Source: Alkalimonas sp.
GTDB lineage: Bacteria > Pseudomonadota > Gammaproteobacteria > Enterobacterales > Alteromonadaceae
NCBI GenBank assembly: GCA_022565655.1
Contig: JAIUMG010000052.1
Span: 1-13,610, forward strand
DNA length: 13,610 bases
Direction: 5' to 3'
Shown here piece by piece: positions 1 to 6,801 of this stretch. A model generated the notes under the pieces. It worked only from the letters and a program-made list of their open reading frames with translations. It made no database searches and was not told the DNA's origin. Position 1 is the stretch's first letter. Each line of letters opens with the position of its first letter. The position numbers and the translations under genes are program-made.

Positions 1-714
1 CCGCATGCCTGGCGTAAAATTGTCAAACGACGCTTGCCATTTTTTTGGGCCTTACCGGCCGATCTGCAGTTGAAGCTGAAAAAGCATATCCAGGTTTTTC
101 TGCATGAAAAAAACTTTATCGGCTGTGCTGGTCTCGTCATCACCGATGAAATCCGGGTCACCATTGCGGCGCAGGCTTGTTTATTATTGCTCAATCGGCC
201 CGCCGATTACTACCCTGGCCTGCAATCCATTCTGGTGTATCCGGCCGCTTTTATCGTGCCACAGCGTCAGCCAGATGGCGCCGGGGTGGTGACGGATCAG
301 GCTGGTGTCTTGTTAGGGGAATCCTGGGGGCAGGGCAAGGTGATTTTGTCCTGGCAGGATTCATGGCAAGGGGCCGCGCACCCAACCGATGGCCATAATG
401 TGGTGCTGCATGAATTTGCCCATCAACTGGATCAGCAAACAGGCTCGGCCAATGGTGCTCCGGTTCTAGGCTCGGATGGTGACCTTAAGCACTGGAGCGA
501 TGTATTTCAGCGGGCTTTTAATCAATTGCAACAGCGCCTTGATCGTGGCGAAGCGACCTTCATTGTTCCTTATGCCGCCACCAATCCGGCAGAGTTTTTT
601 GCCGTTGTAACCGAAGTGTTTTTTGAACAGCCTCGGCAGCTGCAGCAACAACAGCCTGCTCTATACCAGCAATTAAGTCAGTTTTATCAGCTAAACCCGC
701 TGAGTTGGCAGTAA
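1..714 (+). CDS. mtfA: MtfA-like zinc peptidase (peptidase M90 / Mlc titration factor A family), 5'-truncated by the window edge
   Basis: Frame 1 is open from nt 1: PHAWRKIVKRR precedes the TTG that the ORF track used at 34. Stop is TAA at 712-714. The HEFAH zinc motif (VVLHEFAHQLD) and the SWGQGKVILSW and NPAEFFAVVTEVFF blocks match my recollection of E. coli MtfA. About 25-30 N-terminal residues should lie outside the window. Confidence 0.8.
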   Translation, partial: PHAWRKIVKRRLPFFWALPADLQLKLKKHIQVFLHEKNFIGCAGLVITDEIRVTIAAQACLLLLNRPADYYPGLQSILVYPAAFIVPQRQPDGAGVVTDQAGVLLGESWGQGKVILSWQDSWQGAAHPTDGHNVVLHEFAHQLDQQTGSANGAPVLGSDGDLKHWSDVFQRAFNQLQQRLDRGEATFIVPYAATNPAEFFAVVTEVFFEQPRQLQQQQPALYQQLSQFYQLNPLSWQ

Positions 715-814
715 AGTTACAAAAAATCGTGCTGCGATACTCTAACCGAATTAGATAGCAAAACTAATTCAATGATTACGGTGTATAAACAACTTTTAGT
801 GAGAGTGTTTGCCG

Positions 815-1075
815 ATGACAAAACAGATCGTAAATCAATGCGATGTATCGCGGATTATCGAAATGGCTTGGGAGGACAGAACGCCATTTGAGGCCATTGC
901 TGCGTTATATGGCCTGGATGAGTCTGCCGTGATTCGCTTAATGCGACGAGAACTAAAAGCCGCTTCTTTTCGCTGCTGGCGCAAACGTGTGACTGGCAGG
1001 GTGACTAAGCATGCCCGTCTGCGTTCACCAGATATCACGCGGGCTTACTGTCCAACGCAATACAAGCATCGTTGA
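815..1075 (+). CDS. TIGR03643 / DUF2805 family small conserved protein
   Basis: The block IIEMAWEDRTPFEAI...LMRRELK..SFRCWRKRVTGRVTKH matches the conserved core I recall for TIGR03643. I prefer ATG 815 over the track's TTG 809, because GAGAG at 801-805 sits about 9 nt upstream of it. Stop is TGA at 1073-1075. Confidence 0.7.
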   Translation: MTKQIVNQCDVSRIIEMAWEDRTPFEAIAALYGLDESAVIRLMRRELKAASFRCWRKRVTGRVTKHARLRSPDITRAYCPTQYKHR

Positions 1076-2302
1076 TTAACTGTCTAATTTGACTTTGTTC
1101 CTACCCGCCTTTTTGGCGGCATACAACGCCTGATCGGCCCGTTTTAGCAGTAACTCTGGTTTTTCTCCTTTCTGGCGGATGGCGCAACCTAAGCTAATGG
1201 TGATTTGCACGGTTTTGGTTTTCCCTGTCTGGCCGCGTTGTTGTTTGCCTTGTTGTGTATCTTTAGGTCGCTCGGCCTGGCGCACCACCAAGGGATAGTC
1301 AGCCACTTGCTGACGCACTTTTTCCAGTTGTTCCTGCAAGCGCTTAGGATTGGCATGATGAAATACCAGGGTAAACTCTTCGCCGCCATAACGATAGGCC
1401 GTCATACCGGGCTGCTTGGCCAGAATAGCACCTAATAAACGCAACACTTGATCGCCGACATCATGGCCATAGGTATCGTTAAACTTCTTAAAGTGATCGA
1501 CATCCAGCATGGTGACGGCACTTTTTTTACCGAGCCGGTTTAAATGCCCCATCAAAGCCCGGCGCTGCGGTAACTGGGTCAGCTCATCAATATAGGCCAG
1601 CTGCAGCATTTGCATGGCCAGAGATAGTAGCAAGGTCGCACTGGCTGCAACGGTGGTCCAGCCGGACATATCTGGCAGCATAAAACCGACGTAAAACAGC
1701 AGCAAGGCCAACAAGATGGCAAACTGGGCAAGTGCCTGACTACTAAACTGGCGATAACTGATGACAGCCAGCCATAAAGAAGCAATCAGGCTGATGTAGC
1801 CCAATTGCCCCCACATCAGCGGCGAGTCCTGGCTAACAGGCAGCAATAGCCGGTGATAGTCAGGCCATGATGCCAGCCACGAAGCAAGTGGAAGCGGCAG
1901 CAGCAAGGCCGGTGCCACCAAGGTGACCACCAGTAACAGTCCGCCAGTTTTAGTGAGTAAGGGAGGCCTGGGCAGCAGCGCCAGCACCCATAAAAAAGTA
2001 ACTGAGAACAACGGCAGAAAGAAATACAGAGCGGCAACATCTGGTTCCGTCAAGGGTTGCTGCAAACCGGATTGTACGACCCAGTAGTGGCCTGCCAGAA
2101 AGGCCAACCAGTACAGCCAGTCGGTTTGGCGCATCAGCAATGCCAGCGCAGCCACAAACGCCAACACGACATAGGCGGTTACGGGAAATGGCAGCGTATG
2201 AAACAAAGCCAGCTCAGGGTAGAACCAGCGGGCCAGGGCAAGTAGCAGTATCGGAGCAAGGATAAGTAACGGCAATGAAACCTCGTTTCTAATCAGCGAC
2301 AT
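1076..2302 (-). CDS. Membrane-anchored diguanylate cyclase (polytopic N-terminal domain plus GGDEF domain with GGEEF active site)
   Basis: RYGGEEF is encoded at 1373-1387 on the minus strand, with DVDHFKKFNDTYGHDVGD upstream and LYAAKKAGRNKV near the C-terminus. The N-terminal ~230 aa are very hydrophobic, with multiple predicted TM helices. Start moved to ATG 2300-2302 (MSLIRNEV...). The track's TTG at 2398 would place the coding region inside the ccdA-operon terminator hairpin. Confidence 0.85.
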   Translation of the reverse strand: MSLIRNEVSLPLLILAPILLLALARWFYPELALFHTLPFPVTAYVVLAFVAALALLMRQTDWLYWLAFLAGHYWVVQSGLQQPLTEPDVAALYFFLPLFSVTFLWVLALLPRPPLLTKTGGLLLVVTLVAPALLLPLPLASWLASWPDYHRLLLPVSQDSPLMWGQLGYISLIASLWLAVISYRQFSSQALAQFAILLALLLFYVGFMLPDMSGWTTVAASATLLLSLAMQMLQLAYIDELTQLPQRRALMGHLNRLGKKSAVTMLDVDHFKKFNDTYGHDVGDQVLRLLGAILAKQPGMTAYRYGGEEFTLVFHHANPKRLQEQLEKVRQQVADYPLVVRQAERPKDTQQGKQQRGQTGKTKTVQITISLGCAIRQKGEKPELLLKRADQALYAAKKAGRNKVKLDS

Positions 2303-2325
2303 CCTTGCGCAGCTTAAGCGTTTGC

Positions 2326-2354
2326 AGTGTAGCAAGGAAATGCAGCTGGATGAA
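2326..2354 (-). promoter_or_regulatory. Candidate sigma-70 promoter for the diguanylate cyclase gene
   Basis: Read on the minus strand: TTCATC (plus 2349-2354), a 17-nt spacer, then TACACT (plus 2326-2331). This lies about 25 nt upstream of ATG 2302. Hand-matched only, and the -35 is weak. Confidence 0.3.
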
Positions 2355-2383
2355 TAGGTTTTAATGCGCGTAGTGGCGTTGTT

Positions 2384-2419
2384 GAAAAAAGCCGGCAAAA
2401 AAGGATGCTATGCCGGCTT
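2384..2419 (-). terminator. Rho-independent terminator ending the thioredoxin-ccdA operon
   Basis: A 9-bp GC-rich stem pairs AAGCCGGCA (2389-2397) with TGCCGGCTT (2411-2419) around a 13-nt loop. On the minus-strand transcript the hairpin runs into UUUUUUC. It begins 8 nt after the ccdA stop (2427-2429). Confidence 0.55.
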
Positions 2420-2426
2420 GAAGGAT

Positions 2427-3128
2427 TTAAATCAGCGTGACCCAGTCGGGCAGGTACTCAATGGCCCAGGCCTCCATGACTTTATCGAAGCCGGTGAAGA
2501 TCATCAGTGCGATTAGCAATAATGCATAACCAAGCAGCAGGCGACCCACTTTGCCCGAGGTGCGCAGTGTATTGAGTTTAGTGCCGGCGGCGTAACCAAT
2601 CCCCACCAGGGGCAAGGCGGTGCCTAAGCCAAAGGCCAGCATTACGGTAAACGACATCAGCATATTCTGGCCGGTGGATGCCAGTGCAATGGCAGCGCCG
2701 AGCGTAGGGCCTACACAAGGCAGCCACACCAGCCCTAGCGAACCACCAATGACAAACTGAAAGGCCGGGCTATCTGAGGACTCAGTGACCTGGCCGCCAG
2801 CAGGCACCCGGCTGGTGAGCCGAGATAACAGCATGGTGAATTGCTGATTTAACCAGCCCACCACTAACACTAACCCCATCAGCAGCATAAATACCGCGGC
2901 TACGCTGCGCATGATATCTGGCGATAAGCCAGCGCTTAGCAGCAGGTAGGTCAGCAATGAACCACCCAGCGCAAAGGTGAGGGCTAAGCCACCGGCCAAA
3001 AACCAGACACCGGTTTTTGAGGCCCGCATCGCAGATGCTGTGACCGCCGGGATCATAGGAAGTACACAGGGCGATAGCAGGCTAAGCACACCGGCAATCA
3101 AGGCCAATGGAATGGCTGTAAATTCCAT
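2427..3128 (-). CDS. ccdA: CcdA/DsbD-family transmembrane thiol:disulfide electron transporter (cytochrome c biogenesis protein CcdA family)
   Basis: A polytopic membrane protein with the two hallmark Cys motifs of the family: LSPCVLPMIP near the N-terminus and WLPCVGPTLG mid-protein. ATG is at 3126-3128, only 5 nt after the upstream thioredoxin stop. Confidence 0.8.
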   Translation of the reverse strand: MEFTAIPLALIAGVLSLLSPCVLPMIPAVTASAMRASKTGVWFLAGGLALTFALGGSLLTYLLLSAGLSPDIMRSVAAVFMLLMGLVLVVGWLNQQFTMLLSRLTSRVPAGGQVTESSDSPAFQFVIGGSLGLVWLPCVGPTLGAAIALASTGQNMLMSFTVMLAFGLGTALPLVGIGYAAGTKLNTLRTSGKVGRLLLGYALLLIALMIFTGFDKVMEAWAIEYLPDWVTLI

Positions 3129-3133
3129 GGCAG

Positions 3134-3565
3134 TTACTCAGCTGCCGGGTCGTGTTTTTTCAGCTCGGCAAAGATCGTTCTCTGGCGAGTCTGAGCCACA
3201 CTAAACCACAGCTGCTCTTCACCACGATACAGCGCTAAGGTCGATTGACGCGGGGCTTTAAAGTAGGTGACCCAGTCTTTTTGCTGATCATAATCAACTT
3301 CCAACACTAATAAATCACTGTCCGGGTACTGAGCAAAATAATCATTTAACACATTCTGCTGGCGTCGGCAGGTTGGGCACCAGGTGGCATACACATCGAT
3401 GAGCACCAGTTTATTGTCAGCTTGAGCTTGACGAAATACGTCTTCACTGAAGGGTTGTTTGTGCTTATCTAAATGCTCGGTGGATGCATTGGCTGGTGTC
3501 AAAAAGAAAAATGCGGCGGCGGCTACAGCAATAACTGCAAGAGATACAGTGGTGGTAATTTTCAT
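3134..3565 (-). CDS. Periplasmic thioredoxin-fold protein (TlpA/thioredoxin-like, WCPTC active site)
   Basis: N-terminal signal peptide or anchor (MKITTTVSLAVIAVAAAAFFFLTPANA), then VLIDVYATWCPTCRRQ, a CxxC thioredoxin motif. GAGG Shine-Dalgarno lies 5 nt upstream of ATG 3565. It forms an operon with ccdA. Confidence 0.8.
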   Translation of the reverse strand: MKITTTVSLAVIAVAAAAFFFLTPANASTEHLDKHKQPFSEDVFRQAQADNKLVLIDVYATWCPTCRRQQNVLNDYFAQYPDSDLLVLEVDYDQQKDWVTYFKAPRQSTLALYRGEEQLWFSVAQTRQRTIFAELKKHDPAAE

Positions 3566-3665
3566 AAAAACCTCGTTGATTGAATGTTCTCAAACAGTCT
3601 ACGAGGAAGGGGCTGCAGCTACATCAGCCAATGCATCGGCTGAGTCAACCAAAACACCGAAATGG

Positions 3666-4595
3666 CTATGCCTGGCTGGCGCGATACTCGCCAGGTGAGA
3701 GTTGTTCACGTTGTTTGAAAAAACGGATAAAGGCGGTGGCGGATTGGTATCCCACCTGCTCGGCAATCAACTCCAGACTCAGTTCAGAATGGATCAGTAG
3801 ATAGCGGGCGCGTTGCAGTCGAATTTCATCCAGCAGGGCTTTGGCTGTCATGTCCATGACTTTGTGGCAACGCTCGGCAAAGGCACTTTTGGACAAAAAT
3901 GCCATCGCCGCCATGCTCTCTACCGTCCAGTCGGCAGCGGGGTCATCCATAATCGCCAGTACTACTTTACGTAAGGTGCTGTCTTTTAACGCCGCCAGTA
4001 AGCCATGGTTGACGCCATCATCACTCAGAACTTGCCGCAGCAAATGCAGCACCACCACATCGCTGAGCCGGCTAATCGCAGCCTGATAACCAGGTTGGCG
4101 CTCTGTGGCTTCCTGCTGAATGATTTGAATGAGTGGCTGCAAGCGGCTGGACTGCCGCTCTGCGGGTAAGTGAATATAGTCTGGCATTACGTGAAACAAA
4201 TTCGCCGTCAGCGGTGACTCGATCTGAATATCGTAACAAACCAAGCCTCGCTCTATATGTTCCGGCACGCAAAACGTCGGGAAGTCCACCTCTCGGGTTT
4301 GCTCTGACACCGGCTGATCACTTAGCCAATGGCGGAAACTGTGGCTAAAAAAAATAGCATCGCCGGGCTGCAGCTGCACCTGCTCATGCAAACGGCCGGG
4401 GATTGCCATCCAAACCGTGCCACGGGTCACAACATGCAAGGCCGCCTTGCTGGATTTACTGGTGAGTAAATTCCAATCATCACAGAAGCCAGACTCGAAA
4501 TGCAATTCAGAGCCGAAAGCCAGCTGAGCCAACAGTTGATCTAAGGCAGAGGTTGTTTCAGTCGATTGAGCAGGTGTTTTGGTCATTGTTGCCAT
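3666..4595 (-). CDS. AraC-family transcriptional regulator with N-terminal cupin-type sensor domain
   Basis: The C-terminal double HTH signature is LSKSAFAERCHKVMDMTAKALLDEIRLQRARYLL...ELIAEQVGYQSATAFIRFFKQREQLSPGEYR. The N-terminal half is cupin-like (LHVVTRGTVWMAIPG...LQPGDAIFFSHSFRHWL). It is transcribed divergently from the 4675-9258 operon. Confidence 0.85.
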   Translation of the reverse strand: MATMTKTPAQSTETTSALDQLLAQLAFGSELHFESGFCDDWNLLTSKSSKAALHVVTRGTVWMAIPGRLHEQVQLQPGDAIFFSHSFRHWLSDQPVSEQTREVDFPTFCVPEHIERGLVCYDIQIESPLTANLFHVMPDYIHLPAERQSSRLQPLIQIIQQEATERQPGYQAAISRLSDVVVLHLLRQVLSDDGVNHGLLAALKDSTLRKVVLAIMDDPAADWTVESMAAMAFLSKSAFAERCHKVMDMTAKALLDEIRLQRARYLLIHSELSLELIAEQVGYQSATAFIRFFKQREQLSPGEYRASQA

Positions 4596-4674
4596 TGGGT
4601 TAAGTGGCTAAGGTATTTAAGCATACCAGTCTAAGTTGTTTCTTAGGCTTTGCAACCCTAAATAAGGATATACG
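4596..4674. promoter_or_regulatory. Divergent control region between the AraC gene and the operon; candidate AraC operator repeats
   Basis: This 79-bp gap must hold both promoters. It contains GGTAT-N6-ATACC (4612-4627) and CTAAG-N6-CTTAG (4631-4646). There is also a direct CTAAG copy at 4608-4612, 23 nt upstream of the one at 4631. AAGGA Shine-Dalgarno is at 4664-4668. I could not assign convincing -35/-10 hexamers. Confidence 0.35.
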
Positions 4675-5124
4675 ATGTCACATATTTTACTTGCCCGGCC
4701 CCATCCATTTATTGTCAGTGAGATGGCGCCTTTTCTGCAGGATCAAGGCCATTCGTTCAGTAAGCTCACTCAGTTGGATGCTTTAAACGAGCAGTTGTCG
4801 CAAGCAAAAGCGGCCGTAATTTCATTGGCGTTATCGTCGCCACTCGCCCACACAGCCGAAGAGGTGGTTACTGCGATTCGGCAGAAAAATGCGCGCTTGC
4901 CTTTGGTTTTTGCCAGTTTATTGCCATTGGATCGGGTGCAGAAAAATATTCTGCAACTGTTGGAACAACATCATCCTGCCGCATCGGTGGTGTCAGCGAC
5001 TTCGACGCTAGGGAGTGGCCGCCCAGGCCAGCCAGATACCGCTTTGTATTTTTCGAAAGATGACCTGAATAACCCTGATAGTCGGCGACAATTTGCCCAG
5101 TTACTCAAGCAACATGCATTGTAA
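4675..5124 (+). CDS. Hypothetical 149-aa protein; possible degenerate receiver-like (flavodoxin-like alpha/beta) domain
   Basis: Good Shine-Dalgarno (AAGGA, 6-nt spacing). I recognise no family motif. The alternating hydrophobic strand and amphipathic helix pattern (HILLAR / AAVISLAL / LPLVFASL / ASVVSAT) lines up with CheY-like topology. The acidic pocket and the phospho-Asp are absent. Confidence 0.6.
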   Translation: MSHILLARPHPFIVSEMAPFLQDQGHSFSKLTQLDALNEQLSQAKAAVISLALSSPLAHTAEEVVTAIRQKNARLPLVFASLLPLDRVQKNILQLLEQHHPAASVVSATSTLGSGRPGQPDTALYFSKDDLNNPDSRRQFAQLLKQHAL

Positions 5125-5150
5125 TCATCCAAAAATTTAGGAGCACAGTC

Positions 5151-6074
5151 ATGCTTAAGTGGTTTCAGCAGTTTCAACCGAGTCAGCACGGTACAACGAA
5201 TGCTGAACAACTCAGCAAAGATCTGCTGTCCAGCTTGATGGTGATGGCGTGGTTTGTGGAAGCCAAAGATCCCTATACCGGCGGCCATCTGTGGCGAGTG
5301 TCGCGTTATGCCAATGTTTTGGCCCGAGCCGGTAAATTACCGGAGGGCGATGTCGCCCGCATCACCTTAGGTGGCTTCTTACATGACTTAGGCAAGGTGG
5401 CCATTCCTGATGCGGTCTTGAATAAAACCGGCAAGCTATCGGATAGCGAATACCGGGTGATTCAAACACACCCGCAAGCCGGGGGGCGGATGTTGGCCGG
5501 GCATCCACTGGGCCATTTGGTGGCTGCAGCAGTTGAGCTGCATCATGAACGACCCGATGGAAACGGTTATCCGCATGGGCTGGCGACCAGTATGATCCCG
5601 GTTGATGCGGCGATTGTTGGTATTTGTGATGCATTTGATGCCATGACCAGCCAGCGGCCCTACCGCAAACCGATGCCTTTAGACAAAGTGGTATCGATTT
5701 TCCGTCAGGAAATGGGCAGTCAATTCAATCAATTCTGGGGTGAGCTATTCCTGACTTTAGTTGAGCAAGGAAAGGTGGACAACATTATCGGACATAGTGA
5801 TGAAGGTATTCCCTTGCACACTTGTCCACATTGCGGACCGACGGTGGTGCAACACAGTGATGACCAAATAGGGGATCATCTGCACTGCCGAGTCTGTCAT
5901 AGTGAAATGGAATTATGCACTGAGCATGATAAGGTGACGGTGAAGCCTACAGGTAAAAAAGGCAATGCAGCCGAGATGCAACCTAAAGCCGACAACCTAT
6001 TGATTAAAAAGTTAATTGAGCAGTCCATTGCCCATATTCCTCTGCAACAACTCATGAAGCTGCCTGGCGTATGA
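5151..6074 (+). CDS. HD-GYP domain c-di-GMP phosphodiesterase with C-terminal CxxC...CxxC zinc-ribbon extension
   Basis: FLHDLGKVAIPDAVLNK (HD at 5382-5387) and HHERPDGNGYPHGL (GYP at 5565-5573) are the canonical HD-GYP motifs. CPHC (5823-5834) and CRVC (5886-5897) form a zinc-ribbon-like pair. AGGAG Shine-Dalgarno lies 7 nt upstream of ATG 5151. Confidence 0.85.
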   Translation: MLKWFQQFQPSQHGTTNAEQLSKDLLSSLMVMAWFVEAKDPYTGGHLWRVSRYANVLARAGKLPEGDVARITLGGFLHDLGKVAIPDAVLNKTGKLSDSEYRVIQTHPQAGGRMLAGHPLGHLVAAAVELHHERPDGNGYPHGLATSMIPVDAAIVGICDAFDAMTSQRPYRKPMPLDKVVSIFRQEMGSQFNQFWGELFLTLVEQGKVDNIIGHSDEGIPLHTCPHCGPTVVQHSDDQIGDHLHCRVCHSEMELCTEHDKVTVKPTGKKGNAAEMQPKADNLLIKKLIEQSIAHIPLQQLMKLPGV

Positions 6075-6313
6075 GCTTGTTACTAAGGCAGTTCTTTCAT
6101 GCTGATGTCATGAAAACTGCGCTTTATGTTGCTATCGTGGTTAGCAGTATCCTGAACCTCATCAACCAGTTCGATGCTCTGTTTGGTGAGGCATGCTGGC
6201 GCTGGGGAATGGCAGGCCTCAATTATTTAGTGCCCTATTGTGTTGCCAGTTACAGCGGTGCTTCGCAGCGAGTAAAACAACGATTATCGACGTTAAAGGA
6301 TTCAGAAACATGA
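6071..6313 (+). CDS. NrtS-like small integral membrane protein (annotated family: nitrate/nitrite transporter NrtS)
   Basis: An 80-aa protein with two hydrophobic segments. The pattern TALYVAIVVSSILNLINQFDALFG....NYLVPYCVASYS resembles the NrtS family consensus as I remember it (..vVG.iLnlINqgDal... VPYcVs). The start ATG overlaps the HD-GYP stop as ATGA (6071-6074). Confidence 0.55.
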   Translation: MSLLLRQFFHADVMKTALYVAIVVSSILNLINQFDALFGEACWRWGMAGLNYLVPYCVASYSGASQRVKQRLSTLKDSET

Positions 6314-6801
6314 ATGTGATTGCTCAAAACCTACAGCAACTTGGTTATTTGCGCAGTATTTTGCAACTAGTGAGTCTGGAGCATTATCAACACTGTTTAG
6401 CCTGGCCTGGTGAGCCCTCTATCGGCAAGCACAGCCGGCATGTGCTCGATCATTATCAACAATTGTGGCTGGCCTCTGAAAGCAAACAACTGGATTATCG
6501 CTTACGGTTACGGGATCTGGGGGCTCAGACAGAGCCCTCTATTGCCTTGCAGTGGATTGACCGCTTAGAAACCTGGCTACACTGCCTTGAGCTATCTGAG
6601 CTTGATAGGCAGCTGCAATATCAGTTTGATGGCGGTGCTACCTACACCAGCCTGCAACGCGAATTAGACTTTGTCTGCAGTCATACCGTGCACCACTTAG
6701 CGTTGATCAATGGAATTTTGCTGCAGCTCGATTACCCCATGCAGCCGCACCTTGGCCTGCACAGTTCTACGTTGGAGTATTTGCAACAATGTGCACCCTG
6801 A
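6310..6801 (+). CDS. DinB/YfiT-superfamily (four-helix-bundle, His-triad) protein
   Basis: GKHSRHVLDHY near the N-terminus and CSHTVHHLALING near the C-terminus look like the DinB_2-type metal-binding histidines, and the ~163-aa size is typical. Start set to ATG 6310 rather than the track's 6193. ATG 6310 overlaps the NrtS stop as ATGA (6310-6313) and has AAGGA 9 nt upstream. Confidence 0.55.
   Translation: MNVIAQNLQQLGYLRSILQLVSLEHYQHCLAWPGEPSIGKHSRHVLDHYQQLWLASESKQLDYRLRLRDLGAQTEPSIALQWIDRLETWLHCLELSELDRQLQYQFDGGATYTSLQRELDFVCSHTVHHLALINGILLQLDYPMQPHLGLHSSTLEYLQQCAP

Noticed and set aside
748-770. GAATTAG-N9-CTAATTC inverted repeat after mtfA as a terminator
   Set aside because: The stem is AT-rich and 7 bp, with a 9-nt loop and no following T-run, so it is not a convincing intrinsic terminator. 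It could be a protein-binding site, but nothing supports that.
2303-2398. N-terminal extension of the diguanylate cyclase to the TTG at 2398 given in the ORF track
   Set aside because: The extension would run through the ccdA-operon terminator hairpin (2384-2419). It encodes non-membrane, Cys/Ser-rich junk before the first TM helix. ATG 2302 with a candidate upstream promoter fits better.
6193-6309. Upstream ATG 6193 as start of the DinB-like gene
   Set aside because: It would overlap the NrtS-like gene by 121 nt. The added 39 residues (Cys/Leu-rich) have no DinB counterpart. ATG 6310 has a Shine-Dalgarno and an ATGA junction.
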